Part shown: in pieces, positions 46,531 through 58,228 of the stretch | Layout: each line of letters opens with the position of its first letter | How positions within the stretch are numbered: position 1 is the stretch's first letter | DNA from: Monocercomonoides exilis PA203 | Taxonomy: Eukaryota; Protista; Preaxostyla | Length of the DNA stretch: 64,000 nucleotides | Assembly (NCBI GenBank): GCA_001643675.2 | Contig: LSRY02000015.1 | Coordinates: 744,001-808,000, forward strand | Direction: 5' to 3' | Translations under genes and position numbers: made by a program | Notes under the pieces: generated by a model | Database searches by the model: none | Seen by the model: the letters and a program-made list of their open reading frames with translations, nothing else | What the model was told of the DNA's origin: nothing

Positions 46531-49500
46531 TCATTGCATGCTCAAGCCAAGTGAGCTCTCTTCTGCCATCGTTCCACTTACTATATTTCTACTATCTGTC
46601 TCGCTGCCAATACCAATTGCATCTGAAACAGTGAGTATCACTGCACCAACAGGAAAATGTTTAATGAATTCTCGCTTCAGCTCAACAAGCGTCGTACGAC
46701 TCCCACTCTCTTCCAACAAGCACTGCTCCACAACACCTCCCATCGACAACCCTCGAACACTTTCCGCCTTTGGCCGCTCCCCATTCATTATCTTCTGTCC
46801 AGCCACCTCTGCCTCATACTCCCCAAACGGGATTTGAAGGGTCAGGCACTCCCACAGCATCATCCCAATCGAGAATGACACTGACTCCTTTGTTGCTCCC
46901 ATCTTCTTTTTCATCTGCAGCTCAGGCGCCTTCCACCTCAGACACTCTTTTTTGAAACTATCTTCATCCTCAAAGGCTGATGAGGGAAGGGAGTCTTCTT
47001 CATCATCATCATCGCCACCACTGGCAGATGTCACAACAGTTGATGATGAGATGGAGGATGAATCTGAGTCATCATCTGACAATAAGTCTGAATGCATCAC
47101 AATGCAGATCACCATGTGTTCTGAGAACAATACAATGTGAGGGCTCAGATTGGAAAGAGATTGAAGAGGGTTTTCAATTTCATCAAATGAATGGAGAGCG
47201 AGATTGGCCACCCAGAACAGGATCTGTGCAGCTGTTTGCTCTCTTTCTTTCAATGTTCCTATTGCCATCTCTTTTGTCTTGTTCAGCCCATGCAAAAGCA
47301 TGAACAGCGAATCCCTCAGATCCACAATCAATTTCTCATGTGGAGATGAGCAGGCCATTGCATCCACCAGATTCGACATCGATGATGTGGTCGGGCACAA
47401 ATCTTCCCCTCGAACAAATGTGGAATCTGAATCAGTTGAACATGTTGAAGAAATTGATGGAGAAGGAGTCTGTTTTCTAATTTCCTCTTCTTCAACCTTC
47501 TCCAATGCCCATTCTGGGATCTTATCAGAATCTTTTCCCAATATATATTCAGTGGAGCCACTCTCAGAAAGAAGATGCTCTGATGACTCTGAATGTTCCA
47601 AGCTTTTCGCATACACCCTCTTCTTCATCCTCACATCATTCTTCTTCTCTGCCTCATTCTCTGCTCTCCTCCACTGCTCCTCAGGTGACATCTCCATCGT
47701 AACCATCTCAATCAGCTTCGGATCCTTTCTGATGTTATCATTCACAATCTCTTCCAATTCTTCTGTTCTACTCTTTTGCTTCCTCCACCGAACAGCCAGA
47801 ACAACAATGACTACAAATAGAATAACAACAATCACAATGCAAACAATCAACAACCAATATGATTTCCCTTCTTTCCCTCCCTCGACAATCCTTTCATCTC
47901 CATTAGCCTTGAGCTCACTTCTGTTCTTCAGAATAAAAGAATCAGTCGATGATTGTTTGTCAGCATCTCCAAACAGAATGCTCACTCTCACCTCTGCCTC
48001 ATCTCCTGCCTCGCTTATCATCTCCCTTGCCAATCTCCCTTCAACTTCTGTCTCCGACACATATCCACTCTCATCAAACATAAACTTTTCGATCTGCTTT
48101 TCTTCTCCAAACTGTTTCACAACCATGAATGACAAGCTGCATGGGAGAAGAAGCTTCCCTTTGAACACAACCTCCACCTCTTCTCCTTTCTCCCTTGCTT
48201 CAACGCTTTCCAACACTGGAATGAAGAATGGTGATGCTCTTTCAGAAACAATCCCTTCAAGCAGACAACCCTCATTCAATATCCACATCGATATGTCTGG
48301 GAAAACTCCATCTCCTCCTTTCAAACTGGAAATAGACAGTGAAGCAGAATCAGAGCAGATGATGTTTCTTCTCAATGATGGATACCTTTCAATTGATGGA
48401 TTGTTATTCAAAAGCTCTCCTTTCTCAATCATCATGGATCCTCCACTCACTGTTATCCCTCCCTTTGAGGAGTTGCAGATTGTTGTGTCTTTCATCATCA
48501 CAGAACTGCTTGAGAAATCAACAATCGAACTATTCCACCGACACATTTCATCAGTAATGTCATTCATTTCTTTTGTATTATCAATTAGGCTTCCCTCAAG
48601 TGTACACGAATCCATCAAAACATTCTCAGTCAATGTAATTGTCACTTGGCTTCCTTTCACGCAATTCGATGAGCACTCACGAAAAGAGCAATTACATATC
48701 TCAAAGCCAGTTATTGGTCGAGAAATGCAAATAATGCAAGACCCAGATGATGATCTGCTGATATTTGTGAACGATGACAACACTGATGAAAAAACGAGTG
48801 AAGAATGACCATTTTCAAATGAGATCAGACTTTCATTTTGCAAAGAGATATTTGTGGCTGTCAACTTTGAAATGCTCACTTTCTCACTCTTTCCACATTC
48901 AATCACTGAACTCTTGCATGGGACATCATCCACTACCAGCTCGTCAAATATTGAACCTTCAGAATTCAATATCTGGAACATAGGCTTCGAAAATACCAAA
49001 TGCCCGATACTACATCGATAAGCCTCAAATATTCCATTTTCAACAATCAACAGAGGACAGTCAAGAAGTGTTTGTGAATTCTCTGTTGTCCTGCTCTCTG
49101 ACGAGAATGAAACAGATTCGAGAATAAGAGATCCATTCAATTGGTGTATTAAGCATGAGCAGACAACATTCTGCATTCCACCAAAAACAAATGAAACTTT
49201 CTCAAACCTAACAGATTCTGAAGTTCTCACAGCTTCTTCATCAGCCAAATCGATTTCATTCACTTTTATCTCAGCACTCCTGCTTGCCTCCATCGACTTG
49301 ATCGTCACTTTTTGAGCTGAGCATGAGCCAGTTAGTGTCGTCTTATTCCAAATAAACAGCTGTGAATAATCTGAAGGGATGATGTGGCTCACCCCAACAT
49401 TCAGCGATGAGCATGCACCTATCATTTCCCCACAGTTCTTGCTGTTGCTGTTGTTCCCCACAATCGATGACACAAATATGAATTCGCTCCTGAACACATA

Positions 49501-52500
49501 CACCCTCCCCAGCAGATCCTCTTCATCCCCATAATTGTCTGCTGTGCATCCCCATATCGCAAGATCCTTCACAAACGGCTCTCCAAAATTTATCAGGAAC
49601 TGTGATTCACTTATCTGCGAGTCAAGGTCTGTGCACTTCACAAACACATCTCTCCCCTTCAGTGCAGCATTCCCCTTGAATGTGATGTTCGACAACACAA
49701 ATGGTAATTCCCTCTGAGTTGCACTTTGTGATTTCAAAAATATCCCTCCGCCTCTCCCGTTGTTCGAGCAGAAGCAGTCTGTCACATTCGTGTGGTTCAT
49801 TTCCAGTCTCCCCAACTCATTGAGAAGGAAAAACATTCCTCCTCCTTCATTCGAGCTTGTCGATCCACATTTATCAATTGTTGAGTTCTCCATTTTCAAC
49901 CTCACTTCATTCGATACATCACAGAAAAGATATGAAGGGTTGCTTGACACACTGTGCTTCACGTTCAAAAATGAACATTGCTCAAATTGAATATTCCACT
50001 CTTCTTCTGCATTATCATTTCCATTTCCAGGAATATCACTTTCACTCATCGCAATTGCACTTTTCCCACTCGATGAAATTTCTTCAAATGTCACAACACT
50101 CATGATTATCACACAATCAGCTGATATGCTCATTATCTCATGCATCGTTGAGAATCCTGCTATGTTTGTATTTTCAATCTCAACGATTCCTTTTGAGGCA
50201 CTTATCAATACAAATGTCAATTCACCTTCAGCATTGTCACTCATATGAATTAAACATCCTGCAATAGTCGTTTTGATTGAATCAGTACCTGTCTGGATGA
50301 GGATATTTGCCTCGCTATCGAAGGCGGTTGGGATCAGAATCCCCACTTCTTTGAATTGAACAACTCCTTCACATTCAACAACAGCATCCTTGTATCCTTC
50401 AATTGCTTTCACAAACATGATTTTGTCGGTTTCGCTATTTATTCCTTCCAATCTCATCCCACCCACACTCATTTCACTCCTCACATCACAAGTCCCCTGA
50501 ACTGCAATAGATTCAATCCCTAAGCTGCTCCCTCTTTTTACCCCATAATCAGCAGATCCACACGGATACTCCAACAGCCCACACACAACCACATTGTTTC
50601 CTTCCCGCGCCACATGCACACTCGATCCAACCTCTTTCCAGAAATAGATCAGTGGGATTGCGCACTCTCTGTTTCCTCCATCATACCCTCTCATCGAGTC
50701 TTCGGTCAGTATTTCCAGTCTATCTTTCACAAATGGCAGCGTTTCGTTCTTGATACTGCTGATAAGCGATGGAGATGCAACAAATAAATCCTTTCCAAAC
50801 CTTGCATTGTTTGGCTTGTCAGAAGAAAAAGTTGGAGAGGATATCACAAAATCTGTCTCACCCGATTCACTCAACAAGCTCAACATTATTCCTCCTCCAT
50901 GTCCAACTCCTTCCCCTTCATATGGAGCTGAGCAACAATAAAACTTGCACTTGTTCATCAACAGGTTAGTGCTTGCAGACGCTTCATAAAAAAATGCACC
51001 TCCTCCAATCTCATTTCCTTCTCCTTCAATAGCGCACCCTTCAAATGTGCAGTCATTTATTTCAACTTTGAAATCTCCACTGTCATCCTTGTTCGATACA
51101 CTTATACATCCTCCACTTCCCTTCGAACGAGAAATTGATAAAAATGTGCATCCTGATATCTCTTCAATATTTCCATTGTGGCACTCAACAACACATCCAT
51201 TGCCAAACGTGATTTCTCCAAAATCACTGTTCGTCATATTCAGTGAAGGCCTTGAATTAACACTTCCATCAACAATGAAAAACGATGAATCTCCTATTCT
51301 CATGTCCTTTGTTGAAAACTCACTCACTTCTACAGCCCCTCCAACAGCTTTCACAAACACTGTTGAAATAGAATCAGCGCCTCCTTCCATCCCACATTTG
51401 TTCAGTGTGAGTTTCCTTGAATGACATTCAAACACACTTTCATGAGATGAAAGCGATCGAATCAAAGAAAAGATAATTCCAGTCACAGATGCTACGACTG
51501 TGTTCTCAATCAATCCGTTTTGCATTCCTTCTTTCTGATCAGCGATACCACATTTCATCTCATTCTGTTCTCCCTTGAAGCTCCATTCATCTGTCCTCAA
51601 GCTCAATTCATCCTCAAAGGCAAATGATTCGAGAATGGTTATATCTTTTTTCTTCCCTTCAAAGTGGACTGATGCTGCCTTGGCGATTGTGGGGCATGGA
51701 AATGACTCATATCCACACTTCGAAAAATCATAACTCAATGATCCTCCTCCAACAAAGGCAGACCCTGAAAAGTTATCCCACAGATACACCACCAGCGGGA
51801 TGGCAAATGTCTCATTCAATGTTGATCTCTCAAATCCATTCAATTTTGAATAGTTATTCAAATCAACATTAAATACAATCGATCTTATGCTAATCACACT
51901 CGATAGATCATATGAGTTAATGAAGATTTCTTTCCCTTCTCTTGCATCACACCCAGAAAATGAAACATCCTTCAAAATAAATGAACTCGCCCCATCATCC
52001 AGATGAAGATAAATCCCACCTCCATATCCACGCTCTCCATATGCTGTTTGTGTTGCCTTGCATCTCAAAAGCTGGAGCACGTTGCCTTCATCATTTGAAG
52101 TCGTCTCTTGCATTTGGTCAGCATCTGTCATGTTTCCCACAGTGAAGGATGATCCTTCTTTCATCTCAACCCACAACCCTCCTCCATTTCCCCCATTGCT
52201 CTCGCACCCTGACATCATCCCTCCAACAATTTCCAGAGAGCAATCTCTCCCAAGTGTGCATCCCATTGCGCCTCCGTTTCCTTCAATTCCTCTGAAACCA
52301 CTCATCGTATTGTTTGTCAGTTTCAACAACTTGGCTGAATTTGTGGAAATAACTCTTATTGTTCCTGATGGCAAATCTGTTTGCGAAGATGCTTTCACCG
52401 AAAATGTTGAATCTTTAATCGAAAAAGATGCTCCATTCGCCACTCCAAACAAAACACTATTTTCTGTCGAGCTCATATCCTCAGCACTCATGGATGTGAA

Positions 52501-55500
52501 TGTTCCAGCAGCATTGCTTCCATCAAGAGAAATCAACGGACAATTCCCAATGGTCAAGGACAATACATTCAACGATGAAACAGAAACCTTCCCTGCTGAT
52601 GTTGACAAAAACACATAAGATAAGGCTGATTGGGAGTCTTGAAATGTCAGTGAGCAGATTTCAAGTGAAAATGATTGTGAGGCAGAACTGAAGAATGATT
52701 CGTGATTTGGAAGAGCAGATGGAACAGAGAAAACAAGTGATTTCAAATTCGTATTTGCATCCACAGTTATCATTCCTTTTTTCACTCCATCAGAATCGTC
52801 AATCACCTTCCATCCACTGTTTTCATCTTTCCCTCTGATTGTGTGCTTGAAGGAGTCAAACATAAGCTCGCTTTTCACTTCAATCTTTCCATCGACAACA
52901 ATCTTCTTTTCTTCTTCTTGCCTCGTCAAACAATGACTCAGAGTTTGACATGGGACTTCAGCGAACCCGCAATAAAAATAATCAAATGCATCAACATTGC
53001 TCACAAAGATCTCATCTGGCAAAGGAATCAAATAAACGCACATCGGAATTGGGAACGACTCATCCCCATTTTCATATCCTTGTATCTTTCTCTTCGTATC
53101 AAACGAAGCTGTCAAACATGCGATCCTTTCACTTTTTGCTGTTGACTCCAAGTTGATCGAGTCAACAAAAATGTCACTTCCCCATTTGGCTCTGTTCCCT
53201 TCAAATCCTGATGAAATCTGAAACTCTGCATATATATCTCTCACTTTCAGCCCAATCCCTCCTCCTCTGCCTTGGATGGTCGAGACATAACAGTTTCTCA
53301 CAACGCCTCCATTCATCGTCAAAGAACCAACATTCCCCACTTCAACCATCATACCCCCTCCAAACTCAGAGGCTTCACTCCCACACCCATCAAGTGTGCA
53401 TCCTTCAAGAGTTATTGAATATGACCATTCACTCACACTTATCAGCGATGATCCTGCTGTTGTTCTCACAATGTTGCTGAATGTGCAGTTATCCAGAGAC
53501 AATGAAACAGGCGATCCTTGAGACAGAGACATCACACTTGTGGTGCTGAATGTTTGTGACCATCTCACATCTTTCATCTTCAACTCTCCCCCTTCCATCT
53601 CCACAAGTGAGTTCTGAATGCTCCTCTCTTCTGAATGATCTGCATCCATCGATATATTCATTCTCTCCAAATTGATCCCACCAGACCCTTGAACCTCAAA
53701 CAATCTGCTTCTTCGATTATTTTCAACTGATGAGTTGTGAATCACAGACAGATCGCTCACACTCAACTCTCCTGTTCCAACACAAAACAGACTCAATCCA
53801 TTTGATTCAAATCGTGTTTCAATGGCTGAGCCAGCTGGCGAAACTCCATTCACAGAGATTGTTCTCCCACCAACAACAACTTCTTTTCCTTCAACAACTG
53901 TTCCACTCAACACCTTCATTTCCTCCACAAACCCAACAATCATTTGTGTTAGGCAATGGCTGATTGTGAGGCATGAGTAGCTTTCATTCAACCCGCAACT
54001 GAATGTGTCTTTTGCTTTTGGCTGTGTCTGAGTTGAAGCAACAAATCTGAATTTACTGAAGTTGTTTAACAACCATTCACTTTTATCAATTATTGCTCCC
54101 CATGTTATCGAAACTCTATTGTTTGTTGTTCTTGTGGAAAAACAAGTTCCATCAATTCTGTTGTTATCAGCGTTGTCAAGAACAATATCATGTCCCCCTT
54201 TTTGAGCAACGTTGTTGTGGAAAAAACAGAAAAATATTAACAGACCTTGTGTGAAATTGTTAACACCAATTAATAATCCTCCTCCTCCACCTTTTGATAC
54301 ACAGTTTGAAAAACTGCAAGAATTACAACATATCCTTGAAAAGCTATTCACAATATCACATCCTCCTCCAGCAGAACTTGATTCGATGTTTCCACTGCAT
54401 TTATCAAACAAACACCCAATTATACACTCATCTTGCTTTTGACATGCGCAATACCAAACGCTTAACCCACCTCCATCATTTCCAGACCAACAATCCTTGA
54501 ACAAACTATTCGAAAAGATAACCTGTGAAAGAATTTGAGAGCAACAAACTCCTCCTCCTCCACTATCTCCATTGATCATGGCACAGGAGCAATTGTGAAA
54601 AACAGTATTATTTGTGGTAACCTCTGAAATATTTATCGAAAAGATTCCACCACCGTATGTTTTTGTTGCTTCACAATTTGAAAACGATGAATTGAGAACA
54701 GTGAGTGTTGCATCTGGATTGTCATAAACATAAAGTGCCCCTCCACAGTCAGCTGTTTCATTGATCCATTCACTTAACTTGAAAAATTGTGTTTCAGTTG
54801 CATTCAATCTATTTCTTTTTATCAGCAAGTTTTCGATTCTCATATTATTCATGAATGATGAATTTGTTGATGAAAATAAAGAAGAATGGACAGTTCCACA
54901 AATGATAACTCCTTCAATCACATTTGCTGAATCACAAATTTGACAATTGTCAAGAGTGCTTTTCAGGATTCCGTATCTTGTTCTTTCAGTGTTTGTCAAG
55001 TGATATTGAGTGATATTGAAAAATGAACATTTTGAAATATCTTCAGAATTGCAACATCCAGAATGAAGAATGCTTCCACAATCTGCTATCACATTGTTGC
55101 TGAATGTTGATTCAGATAATCTCAGTGAAGCTGTTTGTGATGTTAAAGAAAGGCTGCTCATCGGTTGATGTTTTGGAAGCTGAAAAGAAACATTGAAGAG
55201 ATGGAATAAGCCATGACAATGAACAGGAAAAGCATTCATCTTTTCAGAAACAACAATTGTTAAATGTTCAAACTCACATTTTGATAAAGCATTTATTGAC
55301 ATGAACTGCTTTGATCGAAATGAACTGAATCTCAAAGAAGATACTCTAATTGTGGAATTTGACTCTATCACCCGAGATTTGATTTCAGTCAGATATCCTC
55401 CATCATAAGTTTGATTTCCATCAAAAACAATCTTGTGACTTACGCTTTTGAAATTAAAACATTTTTTCCCTGTATCATTGGTAACTGTTTGGAAATGTCG

Positions 55501-55656
55501 TATGTATTTCGAAGTTGTTTTTGTACAATCATTTTGTGGAAAAAAGCTATCTTTTGATTCGTTTACTTCAATGGAATTCTTTAATACACAAAACGCTTTG
55601 AGGAATGAAATATACATAATAGTTTGACATGTGAAAATGACACTCTTCTGTTTCAT
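46531..55656 (-). CDS. Giant type-I membrane receptor-like protein B (paralogue of A): beta-helix-type ectodomain, TM, degenerate kinase C-lobe
   Basis: 3041-aa intronless ORF with the same motifs as A and five CG..C modules. TM 'YWLLIVCIVIVVILFVVIVVLAV-RWRK'. Cytoplasmic tail nearly identical to A. Confidence 0.85.
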   Translation of the reverse strand: MKQKSVIFTCQTIMYISFLKAFCVLKNSIEVNESKDSFFPQNDCTKTTSKYIRHFQTVTNDTGKKCFNFKSVSHKIVFDGNQTYDGGYLTEIKSRVIESNSTIRVSSLRFSSFRSKQFMSINALSKCEFEHLTIVVSEKMNAFPVHCHGLFHLFNVSFQLPKHQPMSSLSLTSQTASLRLSESTFSNNVIADCGSILHSGCCNSEDISKCSFFNITQYHLTNTERTRYGILKSTLDNCQICDSANVIEGVIICGTVHSSLFSSTNSSFMNNMRIENLLIKRNRLNATETQFFKLSEWINETADCGGALYVYDNPDATLTVLNSSFSNCEATKTYGGGIFSINISEVTTNNTVFHNCSCAMINGDSGGGGVCCSQILSQVIFSNSLFKDCWSGNDGGGLSVWYCACQKQDECIIGCLFDKCSGNIESSSAGGGCDIVNSFSRICCNSCSFSNCVSKGGGGGLLIGVNNFTQGLLIFFCFFHNNVAQKGGHDIVLDNADNNRIDGTCFSTRTTNNRVSITWGAIIDKSEWLLNNFSKFRFVASTQTQPKAKDTFSCGLNESYSCLTISHCLTQMIVGFVEEMKVLSGTVVEGKEVVVGGRTISVNGVSPAGSAIETRFESNGLSLFCVGTGELSVSDLSVIHNSSVENNRRSRLFEVQGSGGINLERMNISMDADHSEERSIQNSLVEMEGGELKMKDVRWSQTFSTTSVMSLSQGSPVSLSLDNCTFSNIVRTTAGSSLISVSEWSYSITLEGCTLDGCGSEASEFGGGMMVEVGNVGSLTMNGGVVRNCYVSTIQGRGGGIGLKVRDIYAEFQISSGFEGNRAKWGSDIFVDSINLESTAKSERIACLTASFDTKRKIQGYENGDESFPIPMCVYLIPLPDEIFVSNVDAFDYFYCGFAEVPCQTLSHCLTRQEEEKKIVVDGKIEVKSELMFDSFKHTIRGKDENSGWKVIDDSDGVKKGMITVDANTNLKSLVFSVPSALPNHESFFSSASQSFSLEICSLTFQDSQSALSYVFLSTSAGKVSVSSLNVLSLTIGNCPLISLDGSNAAGTFTSMSAEDMSSTENSVLFGVANGASFSIKDSTFSVKASSQTDLPSGTIRVISTNSAKLLKLTNNTMSGFRGIEGNGGAMGCTLGRDCSLEIVGGMMSGCESNGGNGGGLWVEMKEGSSFTVGNMTDADQMQETTSNDEGNVLQLLRCKATQTAYGERGYGGGIYLHLDDGASSFILKDVSFSGCDAREGKEIFINSYDLSSVISIRSIVFNVDLNNYSKLNGFERSTLNETFAIPLVVYLWDNFSGSAFVGGGSLSYDFSKCGYESFPCPTIAKAASVHFEGKKKDITILESFAFEDELSLRTDEWSFKGEQNEMKCGIADQKEGMQNGLIENTVVASVTGIIFSLIRSLSSHESVFECHSRKLTLNKCGMEGGADSISTVFVKAVGGAVEVSEFSTKDMRIGDSSFFIVDGSVNSRPSLNMTNSDFGEITFGNGCVVECHNGNIEEISGCTFLSISRSKGSGGCISVSNKDDSGDFKVEINDCTFEGCAIEGEGNEIGGGAFFYEASASTNLLMNKCKFYCCSAPYEGEGVGHGGGIMLSLLSESGETDFVISSPTFSSDKPNNARFGKDLFVASPSLISSIKNETLPFVKDRLEILTEDSMRGYDGGNRECAIPLIYFWKEVGSSVHVAREGNNVVVCGLLEYPCGSADYGVKRGSSLGIESIAVQGTCDVRSEMSVGGMRLEGINSETDKIMFVKAIEGYKDAVVECEGVVQFKEVGILIPTAFDSEANILIQTGTDSIKTTIAGCLIHMSDNAEGELTFVLISASKGIVEIENTNIAGFSTMHEIMSISADCVIIMSVVTFEEISSSGKSAIAMSESDIPGNGNDNAEEEWNIQFEQCSFLNVKHSVSSNPSYLFCDVSNEVRLKMENSTIDKCGSTSSNEGGGMFFLLNELGRLEMNHTNVTDCFCSNNGRGGGIFLKSQSATQRELPFVLSNITFKGNAALKGRDVFVKCTDLDSQISESQFLINFGEPFVKDLAIWGCTADNYGDEEDLLGRVYVFRSEFIFVSSIVGNNSNSKNCGEMIGACSSLNVGVSHIIPSDYSQLFIWNKTTLTGSCSAQKVTIKSMEASRSAEIKVNEIDLADEEAVRTSESVRFEKVSFVFGGMQNVVCSCLIHQLNGSLILESVSFSSESRTTENSQTLLDCPLLIVENGIFEAYRCSIGHLVFSKPMFQILNSEGSIFDELVVDDVPCKSSVIECGKSEKVSISKLTATNISLQNESLISFENGHSSLVFSSVLSSFTNISRSSSGSCIICISRPITGFEICNCSFRECSSNCVKGSQVTITLTENVLMDSCTLEGSLIDNTKEMNDITDEMCRWNSSIVDFSSSSVMMKDTTICNSSKGGITVSGGSMMIEKGELLNNNPSIERYPSLRRNIICSDSASLSISSLKGGDGVFPDISMWILNEGCLLEGIVSERASPFFIPVLESVEAREKGEEVEVVFKGKLLLPCSLSFMVVKQFGEEKQIEKFMFDESGYVSETEVEGRLAREMISEAGDEAEVRVSILFGDADKQSSTDSFILKNRSELKANGDERIVEGGKEGKSYWLLIVCIVIVVILFVVIVVLAVRWRKQKSRTEELEEIVNDNIRKDPKLIEMVTMEMSPEEQWRRAENEAEKKNDVRMKKRVYAKSLEHSESSEHLLSESGSTEYILGKDSDKIPEWALEKVEEEEIRKQTPSPSISSTCSTDSDSTFVRGEDLCPTTSSMSNLVDAMACSSPHEKLIVDLRDSLFMLLHGLNKTKEMAIGTLKEREQTAAQILFWVANLALHSFDEIENPLQSLSNLSPHIVLFSEHMVICIVMHSDLLSDDDSDSSSISSSTVVTSASGGDDDDEEDSLPSSAFEDEDSFKKECLRWKAPELQMKKKMGATKESVSFSIGMMLWECLTLQIPFGEYEAEVAGQKIMNGERPKAESVRGLSMGGVVEQCLLEESGSRTTLVELKREFIKHFPVGAVILTVSDAIGIGSETDSRNIVSGTMAEESSLGLSMQ

Positions 55657-56270
55657 TTATTTTTATTATATCTTATTTTTTCGATTGTTGATCATTGTTC
55701 CAAAGTTTGATTCAACAACAGTTGAAATTATTCATAATTCTGCTAATTTCATTGTAGATAAAAATTCACTTGAAAACTGTGCTTGAAATTTAAGTATTAA
55801 TAAAAAATAATTATTGAATACGTTATCTGCAAGTGATAACTTGTCGTTATCACTAAAATTTAGTTTTTGATAAATTAATTTATTTTTGTAACATAAAGAA
55901 TGATTAACAAAATACTAAGAGGATCCGCTATTTGAAAAATTTTTCTAACAATTTTTTTTCGCTTTTCTTTTATGGAAAAAACCCAATTTTTTTAAATATC
56001 TTTGCTAAAATGTTCATTTTTCAGAAGTCTTTTTCAAAAAATCTGAAAAACAAATTAATTCTTTATCAAAAACTATTTCATTATATTTAATGTCTAGAAA
56101 AAATATTTTTCCAAAGTGCAAAATATCTATTTTTTCATCTTTGTTTAAATTAAACACTCCCACAATATAACACTTTTTTCAAAAATTTTTTAAAAAAAAT
56201 TGAGATAGAAAACCAAAAATTCGATATTAAATGTAATTAATTAATTTTGATTAATCACATTATATTAATA

Positions 56271-58228
56271 GGGTCATATTTTTATTTGTACACAAATTTT
56301 TCGAAATGAAAAATTCAAAAAAAAATTCTTAAAAATTCAAAACTCGAATCTAATTTGCGTATGACTTTTCTTTTTTCCTTTCCTCTTTCAATTTCATCAG
56401 TTAATTCTTTCTCAATGTCGTTCTCATCTTGAACTATTTTGAATTTTCTTTTCAGCTTTTGTGTGAAATTCATTGTTTCATCATTTTCTTCATCCGAAAT
56501 GTTTTCTTTTTCATTTTCCATTTCGCTTTTCTTTCTCAAATAATCATCCCACTCATTAAGCACCTTTTCTTCTATTATTTCTTCACGGAAGAAGTCAAAT
56601 CGATTTTTATGTGAAGGAAGAGGATAAGTCGATGATTGAGGAAGATTTATCAGAACTGGCCCAGACGAGTCTTTCAGCACGCCGCTGCATTTGAATGCTC
56701 TTTTGATAACCGAAGGAAATTGCTCCGAATGAATTGATTGTTGTTGCAGAGCTTCCATAAGAGCTGTTCTTTTCGCTGCTGAAGACGACGACGAAGGTGT
56801 TTCGTACTGTGAACTCATTTCCGACTTCAGAACGGCAAATACGCCTCGGTCAAGTGGCTGGCCGATGTGAGAGCTGTGAGGGACGAATGTCACAACATCC
56901 ACATTTTCTTTTTTGAACTCTCTCCAGATAGTTGGATCTGCTCGAGAAATGTGGTAGTCGATTAAAAGCAAGCAGTGCGATTCGTCGAGTGACATGAGTT
57001 GCCTTCTTTCTTTGATTGAAGGGAGATGAATTGGAAAGGCATGCTTTCTGAATGTCGAAGATTCCATCCATTCTCATCTGTTCGGTTATATCTCAAGATT
57101 TGAAGACTGAAGAGGCTTCAAGTCATCAGGAAGTTTGAGACTCGTCCACAGAATCACTGAAGGAAGTGATTGTCCACAGCTTCCACCTCCGCAATCAGTG
57201 TGGAATTCGCCATTCGCGCAGCGGATTTATAAAAATCATGTTTAGCATTATCAGGATGAACAACATTCCTATTGGAGCTGTCGGGAACCCTGAGTGATGA
57301 CTCGTCCACATTAAAAATCTGTGCGTTGTTGTAACTGTTGTTCTGATGTGATCCGTTGAGCATATCATTTTAGGGCTTTTGAACTTGTTGGCATGATACC
57401 ACAATCCTGTTTGCATCAACAATTATCTGCTTTGATGTCTTTAGCTTGGGATGTTTTTTGATGAAATTGTATGCAGCGGAAGCTGAAACCTTAACATCTG
57501 GAGTGTTAACTGGTTTTTAATCATTAACATTCTCAATCTCATTAATATTTATTAATACATTTCAAAGAATATTTATTCAAACCAGTTCAGGCATTTTCTT
57601 GATGGTCTGGCTAGCTCCAGATAGTGATTCTATCTTTATTTCGCCAATAATCACAGCAGGTCTTCCAATTTTAGAAACAAATCTGTTTTGCCAAACAGCC
57701 ATAACCGCACGCTTGATTCGAATATTGTAGAATTTTTTGCTGTTGAATGCATCCATCATACGCACAGCTCCATCGTTAACAACATGCTCCATTCGCTCCA
57801 GTGGATTCCGAAATTGCTGATTTTTCAACAATTGCATCACCTCCCGTCGCTTTGGCAAAACCGCAATAATTGTAATTGGAACTCCCTTTTTTGTTATTTT
57901 TTTTGGGTTGTTATCATTTAGCCAGAAAATTTATTTTATTATTGCAAATTTCAATTTTCATAGAAATTTTATTTTTAATACATTAAATTCATATTTTTTG
58001 AATTTCATCCATTGGAACCAACCTGTAACTGATAGATTTTCAACGGGAGGCTTTTAACCCCCCCCCCCCCCCCCCATTTTTCCCCCATAAGAAACAGGCT
58101 ATGCATTTGAATGTATTTATTCAGTTGCTAATATTTTCCTTATATACCTAAAATTCTATAAATAAACAGAAATGCAGGTGGCTGAATAATTGATTTTAAA
58201 AAAATAGGATCCAATAAAAATATGACAC
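56271..58228 (-). mobile_element. Decayed pogo-like transposon (different subfamily) with pseudogenised transposase
   Basis: Imperfect TIRs G(G/T)GTCATATTTTTATT with TA flanks (56269-70, 58229-30). Frameshifted transposase fragments 'IFNVDESSLR', 'LLLIDYHISRA', 'FVPHSSHIGQPLDRGVFAV' and 'KIGRP' homologous to 31393-32988. Confidence 0.85.

Noticed and set aside
47204-48808. 534-aa plus-strand ORF
   Set aside because: Antisense shadow of receptor gene B. The equivalent region of gene A is broken by stops.
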